DNA of 64,000 nt from a virus, in the IMG/VR virus record IMGVR_UViG_3300046453_000081, positions 32,001 to 96,000 of that record. One strand, written 5' to 3'. The stretch's first letter is position 1. Each line of letters begins with the position of its first letter. The notes under the pieces were generated by a model. It did not search any database. It was not told where the DNA came from and worked only from the letters and a program-made list of their open reading frames with translations. Positions 1 to 9,954 of this stretch are shown piece after piece. The position numbers and the translations under genes are program-made.

Positions 1-226
1 CGCAATCAAGCCATTCGATTTTTTCGGTTTTCTCTCCGAAATCTGTTAGTGATGGCTGAACAAATAAACCATCATACTCCTTATTCACCTTTTTATACAC
101 TAAGTTTCCACCACTAAAATCTTGGTCGTAAAAGTATGTCTCTAACCCTTTTCTTCTTCTGTATTCATGGATAGCTAGATTTGATATACCGAATCCACCA
201 TAACAGTCATTTATCATTATTTTCAT
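1..226 (-). CDS. Hypothetical phage protein, partial (MKIMINDCYGGFGIS...)
   Basis: Read manually: ATG at 226 with GGAGTG RBS; frame stays open off the left edge. Confidence 0.7.
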   Translation of the reverse strand, partial: MKIMINDCYGGFGISNLAIHEYRRRKGLETYFYDQDFSGGNLVYKKVNKEYDGLFVQPSLTDFGEKTEKIEWLDC

Positions 227-243
227 TATATTTATCACTCCGT

Positions 244-456
244 TTAATTTACTAGACTTATTGGTACAGTATTTAATTCTCTACAATATGGACACAACAC
301 TGTTGGATTTCTATTGCTAAAATCTTTTGGTTCAAATCTTTTTATGATTGTTTGATTGCAATTCCAACAATTCATTTTTGCCAATGGTAGCTTTCTAAAC
401 AACCAAGAGTATAAGCTATCATATGATTCAAAATAACTTACCATTCTTGGTTTCAA
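244..456 (-). CDS. Small Zn-ribbon protein
   Basis: CWNC...CPYC motifs; coupled to upstream gene. Confidence 0.6.
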   Translation of the reverse strand: MKPRMVSYFESYDSLYSWLFRKLPLAKMNCWNCNQTIIKRFEPKDFSNRNPTVLCPYCRELNTVPISLVN

Positions 457-764
457 TCATAACCCCAACCGTAATAATCTTGAGGAATATATTGAAACAT
501 TAATGGTATTAGATTTTTCGTTATACACATACAATGTCTGCAAGCAGTCCCTTCCCAAGAAAAACCATTACCATAATTTGAATAAATTGTTACATCTTCA
601 TCATTGTTGCATTTACATTCTCTTTCAGGGTATGTTCTCCAATTCTCCCACATTTCATCGAATGTTTCATAGAGAGCAGGTATGCAAACATCACATGTTC
701 CGTCATATTCATAATGTAGTACTAAACCATCTTTGAATGTTACTGTTCCGCTTGAATGACTCAT
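453..764 (-). CDS. Cys-rich hypothetical phage protein
   Basis: Tightly packed operon ORF; EYDGTCD, CKC, CRHC. Confidence 0.7.
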   Translation of the reverse strand: MSHSSGTVTFKDGLVLHYEYDGTCDVCIPALYETFDEMWENWRTYPERECKCNNDEDVTIYSNYGNGFSWEGTACRHCMCITKNLIPLMFQYIPQDYYGWGYD

Positions 765-1225
765 TATTTATCATCCCTTTTATATAGTGTTACTTCATAC
801 CGTTTAAATATTTCATCAATCATTTCATACACCTTTTCCCAATCACCATTTGCCAAACCGCATCCAATATTATAAGGCAATGCTACTGATTTATTATGTT
901 TCTTACACAGGTCTTTCAAACACTTTAATCCTTTATATAAGGCATCATAACTTGTGTAAATCACATCTTCATCTCTACCATAATATTGTTGTCCAAAAAT
1001 GTTTGCTATATATTTAATCTTAGAAACTGGAACAATCTGTACTTCACCTAATAAATGAAAGGGTTTCTTCCTAGTACACAATCTCTTGTATCCTTCGAAT
1101 ACATTAGGATATTTGTCTCTAACTTGTCCACCAATCCCTGATTTCATGTCACCTTGGCAATTTACTTGATGACCTATTAAATGCTCTGTTGCTTCTAATA
1201 AATCTCCATCAATTATCCTTATCAT
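764..1225 (-). CDS. Macrodomain ADP-ribose hydrolase (Poa1p/TARG1/DarG-like)
   Basis: IIDGDLL...HQVNCQGDMKSGIG...VALPYNIGCGLANGDW; true start probably MIRIIDG at 1225. Confidence 0.85.
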   Translation of the reverse strand: MIRIIDGDLLEATEHLIGHQVNCQGDMKSGIGGQVRDKYPNVFEGYKRLCTRKKPFHLLGEVQIVPVSKIKYIANIFGQQYYGRDEDVIYTSYDALYKGLKCLKDLCKKHNKSVALPYNIGCGLANGDWEKVYEMIDEIFKRYEVTLYKRDDK

Positions 1226-1532
1226 TTGTTTCACCGCTTTTTTCTTTAAACTCATGACATCTACAATACTTACATCCACAAGGAAACATATTTTCCCAAC
1301 TGTCAAAGTGTCTATAGTAGCTATGACCACATTCACATATTTTATCATCACCAAAATTAGGATTGTAAAGACTTATCTTTCGAACTTCAAATCCCACAAG
1401 ATATGGTTGCTCTTTGACATCTTCTACCAAATGAAGACTATCTGCTTCTTTTAAGTCGCATATAAACTGCTCTTTTTTTGTATTCTCAAAGTAATTATCA
1501 AGTGATTTAGTTAATACTTTTTCTTCCCACAT
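1209..1532 (-). CDS. Hypothetical Cys/His-rich protein
   Basis: CECGHSYYRHFD...GCKYCRC. Confidence 0.65.
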   Translation of the reverse strand: MWEEKVLTKSLDNYFENTKKEQFICDLKEADSLHLVEDVKEQPYLVGFEVRKISLYNPNFGDDKICECGHSYYRHFDSWENMFPCGCKYCRCHEFKEKSGETNDKDN

Positions 1533-1559
1533 TTAACATCACCTCTAGTTTTATATCAT

Positions 1560-1745
1560 TTAATCTTGGTTAATTGCACTACAATATCCACCTATACCTA
1601 TTTCTTTAACAATCTTTCCACATGCAGTACAATAGACATGTAGTGGCTCATAACCACCTTCATCATCTTTCGATTTTCCTGCCCATACAAACTTTATTTG
1701 TAAGTTTTCTTCCTGTTCGCAACAGGGAATTTCATACTTCTCCAT
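1560..1745 (-). CDS. Small hypothetical protein
   Basis: ORF with GGAG RBS; CTAC. Confidence 0.55.
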   Translation of the reverse strand: MEKYEIPCCEQEENLQIKFVWAGKSKDDEGGYEPLHVYCTACGKIVKEIGIGGYCSAINQD

Positions 1746-1836
1746 TCTGACTGAACTCCCAATACAAAATTAAGTAGCAGATACCTTAAATTACCTACTA
1801 CTCTTTTATTTTTTAAAGCTATATATTTTATCAATT

Positions 1837-2016
1837 TTATTTATTACTAGATAAATCTGCCAATCTGTCCTCAATTTCATCTACTGTTGAATACATTGTT
1901 TCCATCAAATCTTCAATGACGTTTATAGCCCTTTGCTGAGTGTTTAATAGTTTTTTCAGCCTAACTAGGCTTAGTTCAAGTTTTAGTTGTTCAATTTTTT
2001 CAACCGACAAATTCAT
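1837..2016 (-). CDS. 59-aa coiled-coil protein not in ORF track (MNLSVEKIEQLKLEL...)
   Basis: Read manually; AAGGTGG RBS. Confidence 0.6.
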   Translation of the reverse strand: MNLSVEKIEQLKLELSLVRLKKLLNTQQRAINVIEDLMETMYSTVDEIEDRLADLSSNK

Positions 2017-2071
2017 CTTTAAACCACCTTTGATTAATCTTTTATTATATTTATCACTTAACTAAAGTATA

Positions 2072-3211
2072 TCACTTTGCAAATATGTTTGGTATAGGGA
2101 ATTGTGAACGTTTCTTGAACAGTTGGACAAATTTGTCTTTACCTTGGTCTATAGGCGAATCTTTTTCGTCTAACAAGCCCCATTTATCAATAAGCGCAAA
2201 CACATTTCTATTTGTAATTTTCTCAGCCTGTTCCATGATTGCGGGTGGATAATCGGCTAACAATTCTCCTGTTTCTTCATCTATTGGAATAATCATTTTA
2301 TCTTTGTCATAAGCCAATATAATGCTTACATCAATTCCTAGACTTTTCAATAATGAGATTTGAACTGGTGAAAGGTCATCACCTTCCATACTTACAACGT
2401 TATAGATTCCTATGTCATAGCACTTCATGACCGACTTATAACCCTCGAACACTATTACACTTTTATGTTTTTGGATGTATGGCAACGCTCTGTGTAAATT
2501 GAACAATTCAACCGATTTATTCATTTTTTGCAAATATAGATATTTTTTGCTATCTAATATATCTTTATTTTCACCTACATAGCGTCCCTTGACCCCTATA
2601 AGCTGTCCGTCCTTGTTCCTGACCATTGTTACCACCCTGTCAGTCGCTAGGTCATAACCCACCTCAAATTCCATCTGAGTGTCCCATGTGATACCTTCTT
2701 GAATCCAAGGATAATAAGGGAACATGATATATTGGTTTTTTATTTTTTCATCAATTGGCAGATTAGGTTTTACGTTGTCCCAATTAATCCTATGTCTAGT
2801 TTTTTTAATTTCCTTTAACCACTTGTTTAATTCTTTCCCTTTGTTCTTCATCCCTTCATATCTGCCATCCAAGATGTCGTGATAGCCAAGCACCTCTATA
2901 ACCCATTCTTTTGCTTTGCGTAGGTCGTTTTGGGTTTCATTTGCAGGAATGCCATTGACTATATAGCTGACAAGGGTGAAAATATCGCCTTTAACTCCCC
3001 TAGAACGAATATTAGATATGAGTTTTTCACTCTGTCTAACCTGAATACTTCTAGGATTACCTGACTTGAAAGATGAAGGTAACTGACATACAATCAGTTC
3101 CCCTCTTTGTTCATATGAAATCTTCTCACAACCCATGTAGTCAAGAAGTTCTTCAATTCTATTTTCCTTCAATATGCGTTCTTTGATGATTTTAAGGTCG
3201 TCATTACTCAA
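2072..3211 (-). CDS. DNA primase (TOPRIM; SPbeta YorJ-like)
   Basis: KYLY...ELFNLHRA...VIVFEGYKSV...ILAYDKD...KDSPID; near DnaB helicase. Confidence 0.85.
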   Translation of the reverse strand: MSNDDLKIIKERILKENRIEELLDYMGCEKISYEQRGELIVCQLPSSFKSGNPRSIQVRQSEKLISNIRSRGVKGDIFTLVSYIVNGIPANETQNDLRKAKEWVIEVLGYHDILDGRYEGMKNKGKELNKWLKEIKKTRHRINWDNVKPNLPIDEKIKNQYIMFPYYPWIQEGITWDTQMEFEVGYDLATDRVVTMVRNKDGQLIGVKGRYVGENKDILDSKKYLYLQKMNKSVELFNLHRALPYIQKHKSVIVFEGYKSVMKCYDIGIYNVVSMEGDDLSPVQISLLKSLGIDVSIILAYDKDKMIIPIDEETGELLADYPPAIMEQAEKITNRNVFALIDKWGLLDEKDSPIDQGKDKFVQLFKKRSQFPIPNIFAK

Positions 3212-3227
3212 TTCCTTGACCCCCTAT

Positions 3228-3536
3228 TTATTCTGCAAGCAAAACCTCAAATACATGCCAAACATATGTTTCTTCGTGTGTTTTAACTGTACCAACAAAA
3301 ATATTGCCATAATCAAATGTGTCACTCAATTCCCAACCTGTTCCCACGACATCAAATCTAAATTCATCCAGTTCATTGTCAGGGTCTACTAAACAATATA
3401 AAACTACTTTATTTCTTTGTGAAATAACAGATAAAGTTTCAAACCCTAGCGGAATATTTAAAAAGTTAACATCATTTTTTAAATCATATTTCCAAATTGT
3501 TTTCATAAGAATCTCTCCTTTAATAATTTCTGTCAT
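3228..3536 (-). CDS. Conserved phage hypothetical protein
   Basis: TIWKY...VVGTG...FVGTV...VWHVFE. Confidence 0.7.
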   Translation of the reverse strand: MTEIIKGEILMKTIWKYDLKNDVNFLNIPLGFETLSVISQRNKVVLYCLVDPDNELDEFRFDVVGTGWELSDTFDYGNIFVGTVKTHEETYVWHVFEVLLAE

Positions 3537-5055
3537 TATGTATTGTAGTCCAACCTATTTCATACCAACTATTATTGTTGAAATTAGGCTGTAGTATCAA
3601 TGCATCTAAGCCTGTCTTATTATCTCGCCCTCGTCTATTTTTAGGTGTGAATAACGCATAATATGTCTTACCTGTTTCAAGCGTAAACTCATGTTTTATC
3701 AGTCCGTTTTCATTAGCAAATGGGTTAGATGGGTCGTGTTCCCACTTGTAAACAGTTAACTCATTGCTCCCATCCTTAAATTCATCTGCCCAAATAGCCC
3801 TAATCATGAAGACAACTGACGCTTCATTTTTAATTTTCTTACTGTCCCCAAAAGCAAATTCATCAAGATATCTGCTTCTCAAACTTGTGTCTGCGAGTTG
3901 AACGTTTACCCATAGTCTGAGATTTAGTCCTCCACCATTAGGTCTGCAAAGTTTATATAAGTCCTTGAAATCGTCAGTAAAAACTTCCCATCTCTGTTTG
4001 CCAATTCCACCCTCACTAGGTTTTCCAGTATCTATGAGGACTGATTTATATCCACGATTTGCATAGTGCCTAACTAGCTTTTTTACATCTTCCATTATAT
4101 AATCTTCCATGAACACAAGCTTGATTAGTGAATCTTCCCCACCACATAATTCTTCGACCCACTCAACAGCCTTACTCATTTTATCGAATTCGTCATCGTT
4201 AAATCCACCCTCATTAATTCTCTGTCTGTTGAAGGTGTCTTTAGTTCCAATCCCCATTGCAGTAACAATAAGCATTTTCTTGAATTCGTCAATACCTTGT
4301 TCATTTGCTATGATTAATAATTTTTCTTTTTCAGCTATACAACTCATTATTACTTTATTGAACGACATAGAAGTTTTGCCACTGCCCCCAAAGCCACCCA
4401 TTATGTATAAGTTTCCAAAATCCCATCCAGTAGTGATTTTTGTCATTTGTGGTGATTTATAGAATGGAAGTCCAACAGCAGGATTCATATTCCATCTATT
4501 AATATCGTCCCTTAACCCCTTTAATAAATCATGTTCATCATACTTATTGTCTCCATCCATGCCCAATTGATTTACTTGGTCATTCCAATAGATATGTATT
4601 TGATTTTTATTCATTAACTTATAATTATATTTACCATTTGGTGTTAATACTTTTTCGCCAAATAGTGCTATTAGGCTTTTCAACAAGGCATATTTTTTAA
4701 GTTCATCATAGTATGCGTCTATATTGTCTTCTTTTCCTTGTACTTCATACGTCACTTCTTCTACAGATGCAAATCCACCATACTCTTCATATTTTTCATT
4801 CACACCCAACTCTTTGACATGATTCATTACTGATATGTCATCGAAAATTTTAATCTCCTTTTTAAATAAGCTTCTACCTAACCCAAAATAAAATCCCCAA
4901 GCAGGATTTTGAAATGTTTTTACATTAATCTTATCTTCAGGGTAAAAAGCATAGAGACTAGGATTATTGTAAAATAGTGCTGTAAAATATGCTTCATGAA
5001 TAATAGTTTCTTTCTTTAATCTGTCTGTTACCTTTTTTAATAATTTCTCACTCAA
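3520..5055 (-). CDS. DnaB-like replicative helicase (SPbeta YorI-like)
   Basis: Walker A GGFGGSGKTS, IIANEQ, VLIDT, VQL, KNRRG arginine finger. Confidence 0.9.
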   Translation of the reverse strand: MSEKLLKKVTDRLKKETIIHEAYFTALFYNNPSLYAFYPEDKINVKTFQNPAWGFYFGLGRSLFKKEIKIFDDISVMNHVKELGVNEKYEEYGGFASVEEVTYEVQGKEDNIDAYYDELKKYALLKSLIALFGEKVLTPNGKYNYKLMNKNQIHIYWNDQVNQLGMDGDNKYDEHDLLKGLRDDINRWNMNPAVGLPFYKSPQMTKITTGWDFGNLYIMGGFGGSGKTSMSFNKVIMSCIAEKEKLLIIANEQGIDEFKKMLIVTAMGIGTKDTFNRQRINEGGFNDDEFDKMSKAVEWVEELCGGEDSLIKLVFMEDYIMEDVKKLVRHYANRGYKSVLIDTGKPSEGGIGKQRWEVFTDDFKDLYKLCRPNGGGLNLRLWVNVQLADTSLRSRYLDEFAFGDSKKIKNEASVVFMIRAIWADEFKDGSNELTVYKWEHDPSNPFANENGLIKHEFTLETGKTYYALFTPKNRRGRDNKTGLDALILQPNFNNNSWYEIGWTTIHNDRNY

Positions 5056-5067
5056 TTAAACCATCCC

Positions 5068-5679
5068 CTACAAGAAGTCTGAAATGTCGTCATCACGTTT
5101 TTTCTTTTTGAATTCAACAGTTGTTTGTTGATGACTGACAATATCATTGCTATGTTGTTCTTTCTCTTCTGCTTTTTTCTTTGCTTGTTGAAAGACTTTC
5201 TTTTCTTCTTTCTTTTTGACTGCATTAATTTTGTCGTTAATGATTGCCCAACCGTATTTTAATTCACCTAGCAAACTATCATTAAAATCCTTATTCTTTT
5301 TCCAGTATTCAATATCTGCTCTACAAAATAAATATGTTTTAGCTATAAGAGTATATGAAAAACCCTCTTTATATTTTTTCTTTTTCTTTTTGCCAATCAA
5401 CACCGTTCCATTTCTTAATTCTTGTATAAATGAATAGAATTTTTGATGGACATCAGGTATTTTATGTACATCTTTAATAACTTCGACTAAGTAATCCAGT
5501 TCTTCGCTCTCCTTGTCTAAGAACTTCTGTTGTTCTATGAATTTCGGATAGCACTCTTTATGATAGCGTTTATTGACTTTGTTTCCACTTTCAGTTATAT
5601 GTTCGTGTAGAATCAATTCATCACGTTCTGTGTCCTTTATGTTACAATACCAACATTTTAATATCATTTTATTTATCAC
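5068..5679 (-). CDS. Helicase-associated protein (YorH-like position; possible loader)
   Basis: CWYC...YHKEC Zn site; DDDISDFL tail; directly upstream of helicase. Confidence 0.6.
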   Translation of the reverse strand: MINKMILKCWYCNIKDTERDELILHEHITESGNKVNKRYHKECYPKFIEQQKFLDKESEELDYLVEVIKDVHKIPDVHQKFYSFIQELRNGTVLIGKKKKKKYKEGFSYTLIAKTYLFCRADIEYWKKNKDFNDSLLGELKYGWAIINDKINAVKKKEEKKVFQQAKKKAEEKEQHSNDIVSHQQTTVEFKKKKRDDDISDFL

Positions 5680-5759
5680 CTGCCAATGGTCAAATTATTG
5701 CTTCTTCTATTATTATAGATTATTATAATCATATTGTCAATTATATTTAACACTAATAA

Positions 5760-5785
5760 AATAGGCTAGAGAAATCTAGCCTATT
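5760..5785 (-). terminator. Intrinsic terminator
   Basis: AATAGGCTAGA-gaaa-TCTAGCCTATT hairpin after 5794..6177. Confidence 0.75.
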
Positions 5786-5793
5786 GGTTTTTA

Positions 5794-6177
5794 TTATAAT
5801 GGTGATAATTTCATACTGCTTATTCCACCCAACATAAACTTAACACTTGATTTAGGTTCAACCTTTTCAACAATTTCAGCAATGTCTTCATGTAGTGCAT
5901 TTTTAACTGCAATTAACTTACCAATAACAGTTTCAAACTTATCATTAGAGTTGCATTTGCTTCGCCCCAAAAGGAGTTTGCCAGTAACAATTTGTACTCC
6001 CGCAAATAAGACTTCTCCACTTTTCTTGTCAATTTTAATTTTTACATCAGAAAATTGTTTTAGCTTAAATGCTAATTCGTTTTCAAGATAATGTAATTCT
6101 TTCTGTCTTTTCTCGTATTGTTCAACCACTTTTAAAGCTTCTTCATAAGAATATTTACTAGGTGTTACTGTTGCCAT
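5794..6177 (-). CDS. Hypothetical phage protein
   Basis: GGAGTGG RBS; SKCNSNDKF...IGKLIA. Confidence 0.7.
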   Translation of the reverse strand: MATVTPSKYSYEEALKVVEQYEKRQKELHYLENELAFKLKQFSDVKIKIDKKSGEVLFAGVQIVTGKLLLGRSKCNSNDKFETVIGKLIAVKNALHEDIAEIVEKVEPKSSVKFMLGGISSMKLSPL

Positions 6178-6211
6178 TATTAATCCACTCCTATATATTA
6201 TTGTATTTTTA

Positions 6212-6430
6212 TTAATCTTCTAAATTGTCCCAATTTGTTACTTTATACTTATTCTGCTTTCTTTCATGCCTTAACTTGACTGTAGGTGTTTTTCTTTCAA
6301 ATGTGTCCAAATCACCAAATGTACCCCTAAATACTGTTGGGTCATTTTTCTTTTTCTTACGCATTCTTTGGGATTCAGTTTCTCTAGCCAATATATACAT
6401 TCCCTTCAGTCGTGTTGTACATTTCATCAA
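6212..6430 (-). CDS. Small basic protein
   Basis: ORF track; co-directional. Confidence 0.5.
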   Translation of the reverse strand: MMKCTTRLKGMYILARETESQRMRKKKKNDPTVFRGTFGDLDTFERKTPTVKLRHERKQNKYKVTNWDNLED

Positions 6431-6559
6431 GTTCTATCATTTCACCCATCGCAACCATCGAATCAATTGAATATGTTCTCCATTGACTATTGCTATCTGC
6501 ATCACAGATTTCGATAATTCTATTCTTTAAAAAATTTTCATGGTCGATTGGCTTAATCA

Positions 6560-6832
6560 TTAGTTGACACGCTCCTGTGATGTGAATTTTTCTCTAACTT
6601 CATCTTCTGTCATCGCTGTAAAAATAGATATAATTTTAACATGTTCATCGTTCTGCAATGGAAGAGGGTAATGTTTATTTAACACATCACCTAATTCGTC
6701 CCATAACAAATAATGGGTTTCAGGGGCTTTCCAGTAGAAGTCTTCCTCAATATAGTTAAATGCTACTAAGACTTCTTCATTGTCAATAATATATGGCTTC
6801 ATTTTATTCATTACATCAACAATATTTCTCAT
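6560..6832 (-). CDS. Hypothetical protein
   Basis: AGGGG RBS; ORF track. Confidence 0.65.
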   Translation of the reverse strand: MRNIVDVMNKMKPYIIDNEEVLVAFNYIEEDFYWKAPETHYLLWDELGDVLNKHYPLPLQNDEHVKIISIFTAMTEDEVREKFTSQERVN

Positions 6833-6851
6833 TCGAATTTCCCCTATTCGT

Positions 6852-7271
6852 TTAATTGATTTGGATTTTGCGAAATACTGAAATTACTCTATTGCCTTTA
6901 CCTCCACGAAGCACCATGTCCCCATCACTAAAGTCAATTAGCGCATCTTTAATTCCAGTTGAATTTGTCGTTTCAATATGTTTTTTATACTCTTTCTTAA
7001 CTTTGATAACATCGTTTATAGTCCCTCTTTCATAACAGGTCAGCCAATAATTGTATTTGCTCAAACTGTTTTCAATTATCCAATCAATTTGTTTCATTGG
7101 GCTTTCCCCAACAATTGATTCCAATATGGCTAAATCATGCTTTCTTTTTTGGATTTCTGTATCAATGTCCACATCTTCAGATGTTAGAATTTCTGCATTG
7201 ATATTTTTACGATTTGCTTTTAAAGAGAACAAATATTTCATTTTCTGTAATATTTTTAATAGCCAAGTCAT
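6852..7271 (-). CDS. Hypothetical protein (start uncertain)
   Basis: ORF track; 5' part overlaps upstream ORF. Confidence 0.55.
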   Translation of the reverse strand: MTWLLKILQKMKYLFSLKANRKNINAEILTSEDVDIDTEIQKRKHDLAILESIVGESPMKQIDWIIENSLSKYNYWLTCYERGTINDVIKVKKEYKKHIETTNSTGIKDALIDFSDGDMVLRGGKGNRVISVFRKIQIN

Positions 7272-7458
7272 ACTCCAACACCATCTTTTTTACTTTTGCA
7301 TCATTGTCATTGATAAATTTATCTAAAAAGAACTGTTTATTAAAAGCAACCTGTAGTCCATCCCTTATTCTGATAGATGGCACTCTATCTTCAAATCCTG
7401 ATGAAATTGGTATTATCATGTTATTATCTATACTCCCTTGTAAACTTGATAACAGCAT
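7207..7458 (-). CDS. Hypothetical protein (probable start MIIPIS)
   Basis: AGGGAG RBS before internal ATG. Confidence 0.5.
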   Translation of the reverse strand: MLLSSLQGSIDNNMIIPISSGFEDRVPSIRIRDGLQVAFNKQFFLDKFINDNDAKVKKMVLEYDLAIKNITENEIFVLFKSKS

Positions 7459-7654
7459 TTGCTCTTACGTTATAGGGATAATGGTCGCTCTCAACTTCCT
7501 TCTCGCCTAGCAAGTCTTCCTTCTCAACCTCAAATGAAAATAATCCACTACTAGGTACATGGTATTTAGCCATATCTTTTTCATCCCATGCACCAAACGA
7601 ATCTCCATATTCAATTGCAAGTTCTACCCCATCACCACAGGTAAAAAGCTTCAT
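7424..7654 (-). CDS. Hypothetical protein
   Basis: ORF track; operon packing. Confidence 0.55.
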   Translation of the reverse strand: MKLFTCGDGVELAIEYGDSFGAWDEKDMAKYHVPSSGLFSFEVEKEDLLGEKEVESDHYPYNVRANAVIKFTREYR

Positions 7655-7660
7655 AGTATT

Positions 7661-8068
7661 TCACTCTGCCTTTCCAAATGTTGCAGATAATTCTTGATAC
7701 AGTTCTTCAATCAATTCAACTGGAACATAACCGTAAACAGTATCTTCATATTCTTCAATTTCTTTTAATCTAGTAAAATTAGGTAAGGCATCACTCACAG
7801 AAATAAATCCCTCTTTATTCATTAAGGCAAATTCCATTGCTGTATATTCATTTATATCTTTAAGTGTTTTTCTAGGAGTGCAATAGTGACCATAACTAGC
7901 TTGGATACTTAACCAAATATTGCCAAATTGAAAACCTATAAACTTTCTATACGTTAAATCTTCATCGAATGGCATAATTTTACCAACAGCTTTACTGTCA
8001 TTTGTTTCTTTTAAGTTCTTAATGAATTCCATTGTTTTTCTCTCCCTTTTTATCTTTCTTGAAGACAT
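7661..8068 (-). CDS. Conserved phage hypothetical (LSIQAS..HYCTPR...VYGYVP family)
   Basis: Recognisable recurrent phage motif; probable start MEFIK. Confidence 0.7.
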   Translation of the reverse strand: MSSRKIKRERKTMEFIKNLKETNDSKAVGKIMPFDEDLTYRKFIGFQFGNIWLSIQASYGHYCTPRKTLKDINEYTAMEFALMNKEGFISVSDALPNFTRLKEIEEYEDTVYGYVPVELIEELYQELSATFGKAE

Positions 8069-8288
8069 CTTTTAAATATAGGGCAACACACTCTAACTCT
8101 CTCTCTGTTTTGCCACTACCAAGTTTAAGACCTTTTTCTATCGCCTTGTTTACATCTCTAATGTCTTTGTTTTTACGGTACATCCATTGACCATTAATCT
8201 TTTCATCTAGCTGTTGTTTATTTTTGATAGAGCTAAACAAAAGGAATCCTGCTAAATCCTCAAGTTCCAAAATCACTGATTTCACCAC
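8019..8288 (-). CDS. Hypothetical protein
   Basis: ORF track; AGGT RBS. Confidence 0.55.
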   Translation of the reverse strand: MVKSVILELEDLAGFLLFSSIKNKQQLDEKINGQWMYRKNKDIRDVNKAIEKGLKLGSGKTERELECVALYLKDVFKKDKKGEKNNGIH

Positions 8289-8298
8289 CTACTTAAAT

Positions 8299-8736
8299 TT
8301 AAATGTTAATTTCTTTTTTAAATGTTTCTAAAAGTTTCTTTTTAAACTCTTCTCTCTCAATTGTGGTAAAAGAATATCCATACTCGTTATAATAGGACAA
8401 ATCTTCAAGTTTCTCAATCATAAAATCAATAATTCCATCTTCGTCTTTTAGGATTTGGCTAACTCTGACCTTTTCTTCTCCCCACCTACTCAACACTTCA
8501 TCTTTTGTCTTAAATCTCAGGTTGCTTAACTCTGTTAATCTATATTTATCGCCACCATATGGTTTTACTCTTGTAAGGATAGGTACATCATTTTCAATAT
8601 CGACACACTTCCATTCCCAATCGAATGGAGTATCTTGATAAAGGAGGTTAAATTCAGTGTAATAAGTTTCGCCAATCTTAAATTCGACTTCCATACTCTT
8701 CACATCCTTATTGATTTGTATGATTATATTTAACAC
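8299..8736 (-). CDS. Hypothetical protein (probable start MEVEFK)
   Basis: ORF track. Confidence 0.6.
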   Translation of the reverse strand: MLNIIIQINKDVKSMEVEFKIGETYYTEFNLLYQDTPFDWEWKCVDIENDVPILTRVKPYGGDKYRLTELSNLRFKTKDEVLSRWGEEKVRVSQILKDEDGIIDFMIEKLEDLSYYNEYGYSFTTIEREEFKKKLLETFKKEINI

Positions 8737-8762
8737 TAGGGGACAAAGCCCCTAGTATATTT

Positions 8763-9686
8763 TTAAAGAGTCATAAATACCTGTTTGACTTCTGACAACT
8801 CTACAAATGTACAACCATCATGAATAAGTTCAATAAATTGTGCCTTCGCTTCAGTTGGTGTCAATTCTAAAATAACATCTTCCTTGTCTTCATCTTCATC
8901 AACAACAAATGTAAATTTGTATGTTTGTTTTTCTTCTAACACCTCTTGACCTTCTTCTTCGCTAATGTATGGAGAATGTTCAAAAATGCATTCGCAAAGT
9001 TCTTCAAGTTTTTCTAGTTCATCAAGGTCTTCAGTTGTGACAAGCATTTCTTCACAACATGATTCACAGCATCTATCACAGCACTCATCTTCATCTTCAT
9101 CTTCATCTTCATCTTCATCTTCATCTTCAAAATCATCTTCAAAATCATCTTCAAAATCATCTTCATCTTCAAAATCATCTTCAAAATCATCTTCAGACAT
9201 GTTTAGTTTTTCCAACTGAACTTTAGAGAAAATAATCATTTGCTCTGCATTTCTCAAGTAGGCTTCATTAACGGTGTCAGTTTTTAAAATGACTCCTGTT
9301 GTTAAGAATTTGTACACAGTAAAGATTTCTTCAATAAGTTCGTAAACAATTTTTGCCCTCTTATCTACGTCAATAAGGTCAGGCAGATAGCTATATTTCT
9401 TTAATGAGCCTTCAATTTTCTTTAATTCATCATCATATCCATCGAATGAGATTGAGTACCAATATTGGTCACTGCCTACACCATACTGAGTGTATTGTTC
9501 GTCTTCTTCCTCGATAACAACAAGCCAAACAATGTCTTCTCCTGTGGTTGCTACAACATTGTCAATTGCGTTTATACCTGAGTATAAATGATATTGGAAC
9601 ATGAATAATGGGTCTGTAGAATCTGTCCTAGACTCTAATTGATTTTTGTATGCTTCTTCCCATGAGTTAAAAATTGCTTTTTTCAC
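8763..9686 (-). CDS. Highly acidic protein with D/E repeat tract and Cys cluster
   Basis: (DDFE)n(DE)n tract then CCDRCCESCC; GGAG RBS. Confidence 0.75.
   Translation of the reverse strand: MKKAIFNSWEEAYKNQLESRTDSTDPLFMFQYHLYSGINAIDNVVATTGEDIVWLVVIEEEDEQYTQYGVGSDQYWYSISFDGYDDELKKIEGSLKKYSYLPDLIDVDKRAKIVYELIEEIFTVYKFLTTGVILKTDTVNEAYLRNAEQMIIFSKVQLEKLNMSEDDFEDDFEDEDDFEDDFEDDFEDEDEDEDEDEDEDECCDRCCESCCEEMLVTTEDLDELEKLEELCECIFEHSPYISEEEGQEVLEEKQTYKFTFVVDEDEDKEDVILELTPTEAKAQFIELIHDGCTFVELSEVKQVFMTL
9085..9195. repeat. Coding tandem repeat of TCATCT and TCAAAATCATCT units
   Basis: Directly visible; encodes ED and EDDF on the minus strand. Confidence 0.9.
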
Positions 9687-9954
9687 TAATTAAACATCTC
9701 CCTGAATTGTATTGTTATTGCTATTATGTATTACACAGTTGTCTTCATTGAAAGCATTAAATTCATTTTTACTACACCCAATAACTTTTTTACACTTTTT
9801 TCTAAATCTTGTAATTCACTTTTAGTCAGTTCTGTATTTGACCATTTTTCTAAAAGCGTTTTGAATTCTTCATGTTCGTTTCTTTTCATATTCTATCACC
9901 TTGTAATTCTATTATATTTGACACTCGTTAAAATGTCAACTATTTATATTTATT

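Noticed and set aside
5668-5681. GGTGATAAAT copies (5670, 32677) as the second motif
   Set aside because: Adequately explained as Shine-Dalgarno sequences next to start codons; not counted.
8965-9219. Plus-strand poly-Ser ORF as another SSSSS-tag protein
   Set aside because: It is the antisense shadow of the acidic repeat in 8763..9686; same for 59320..59664 and 3319..3594.
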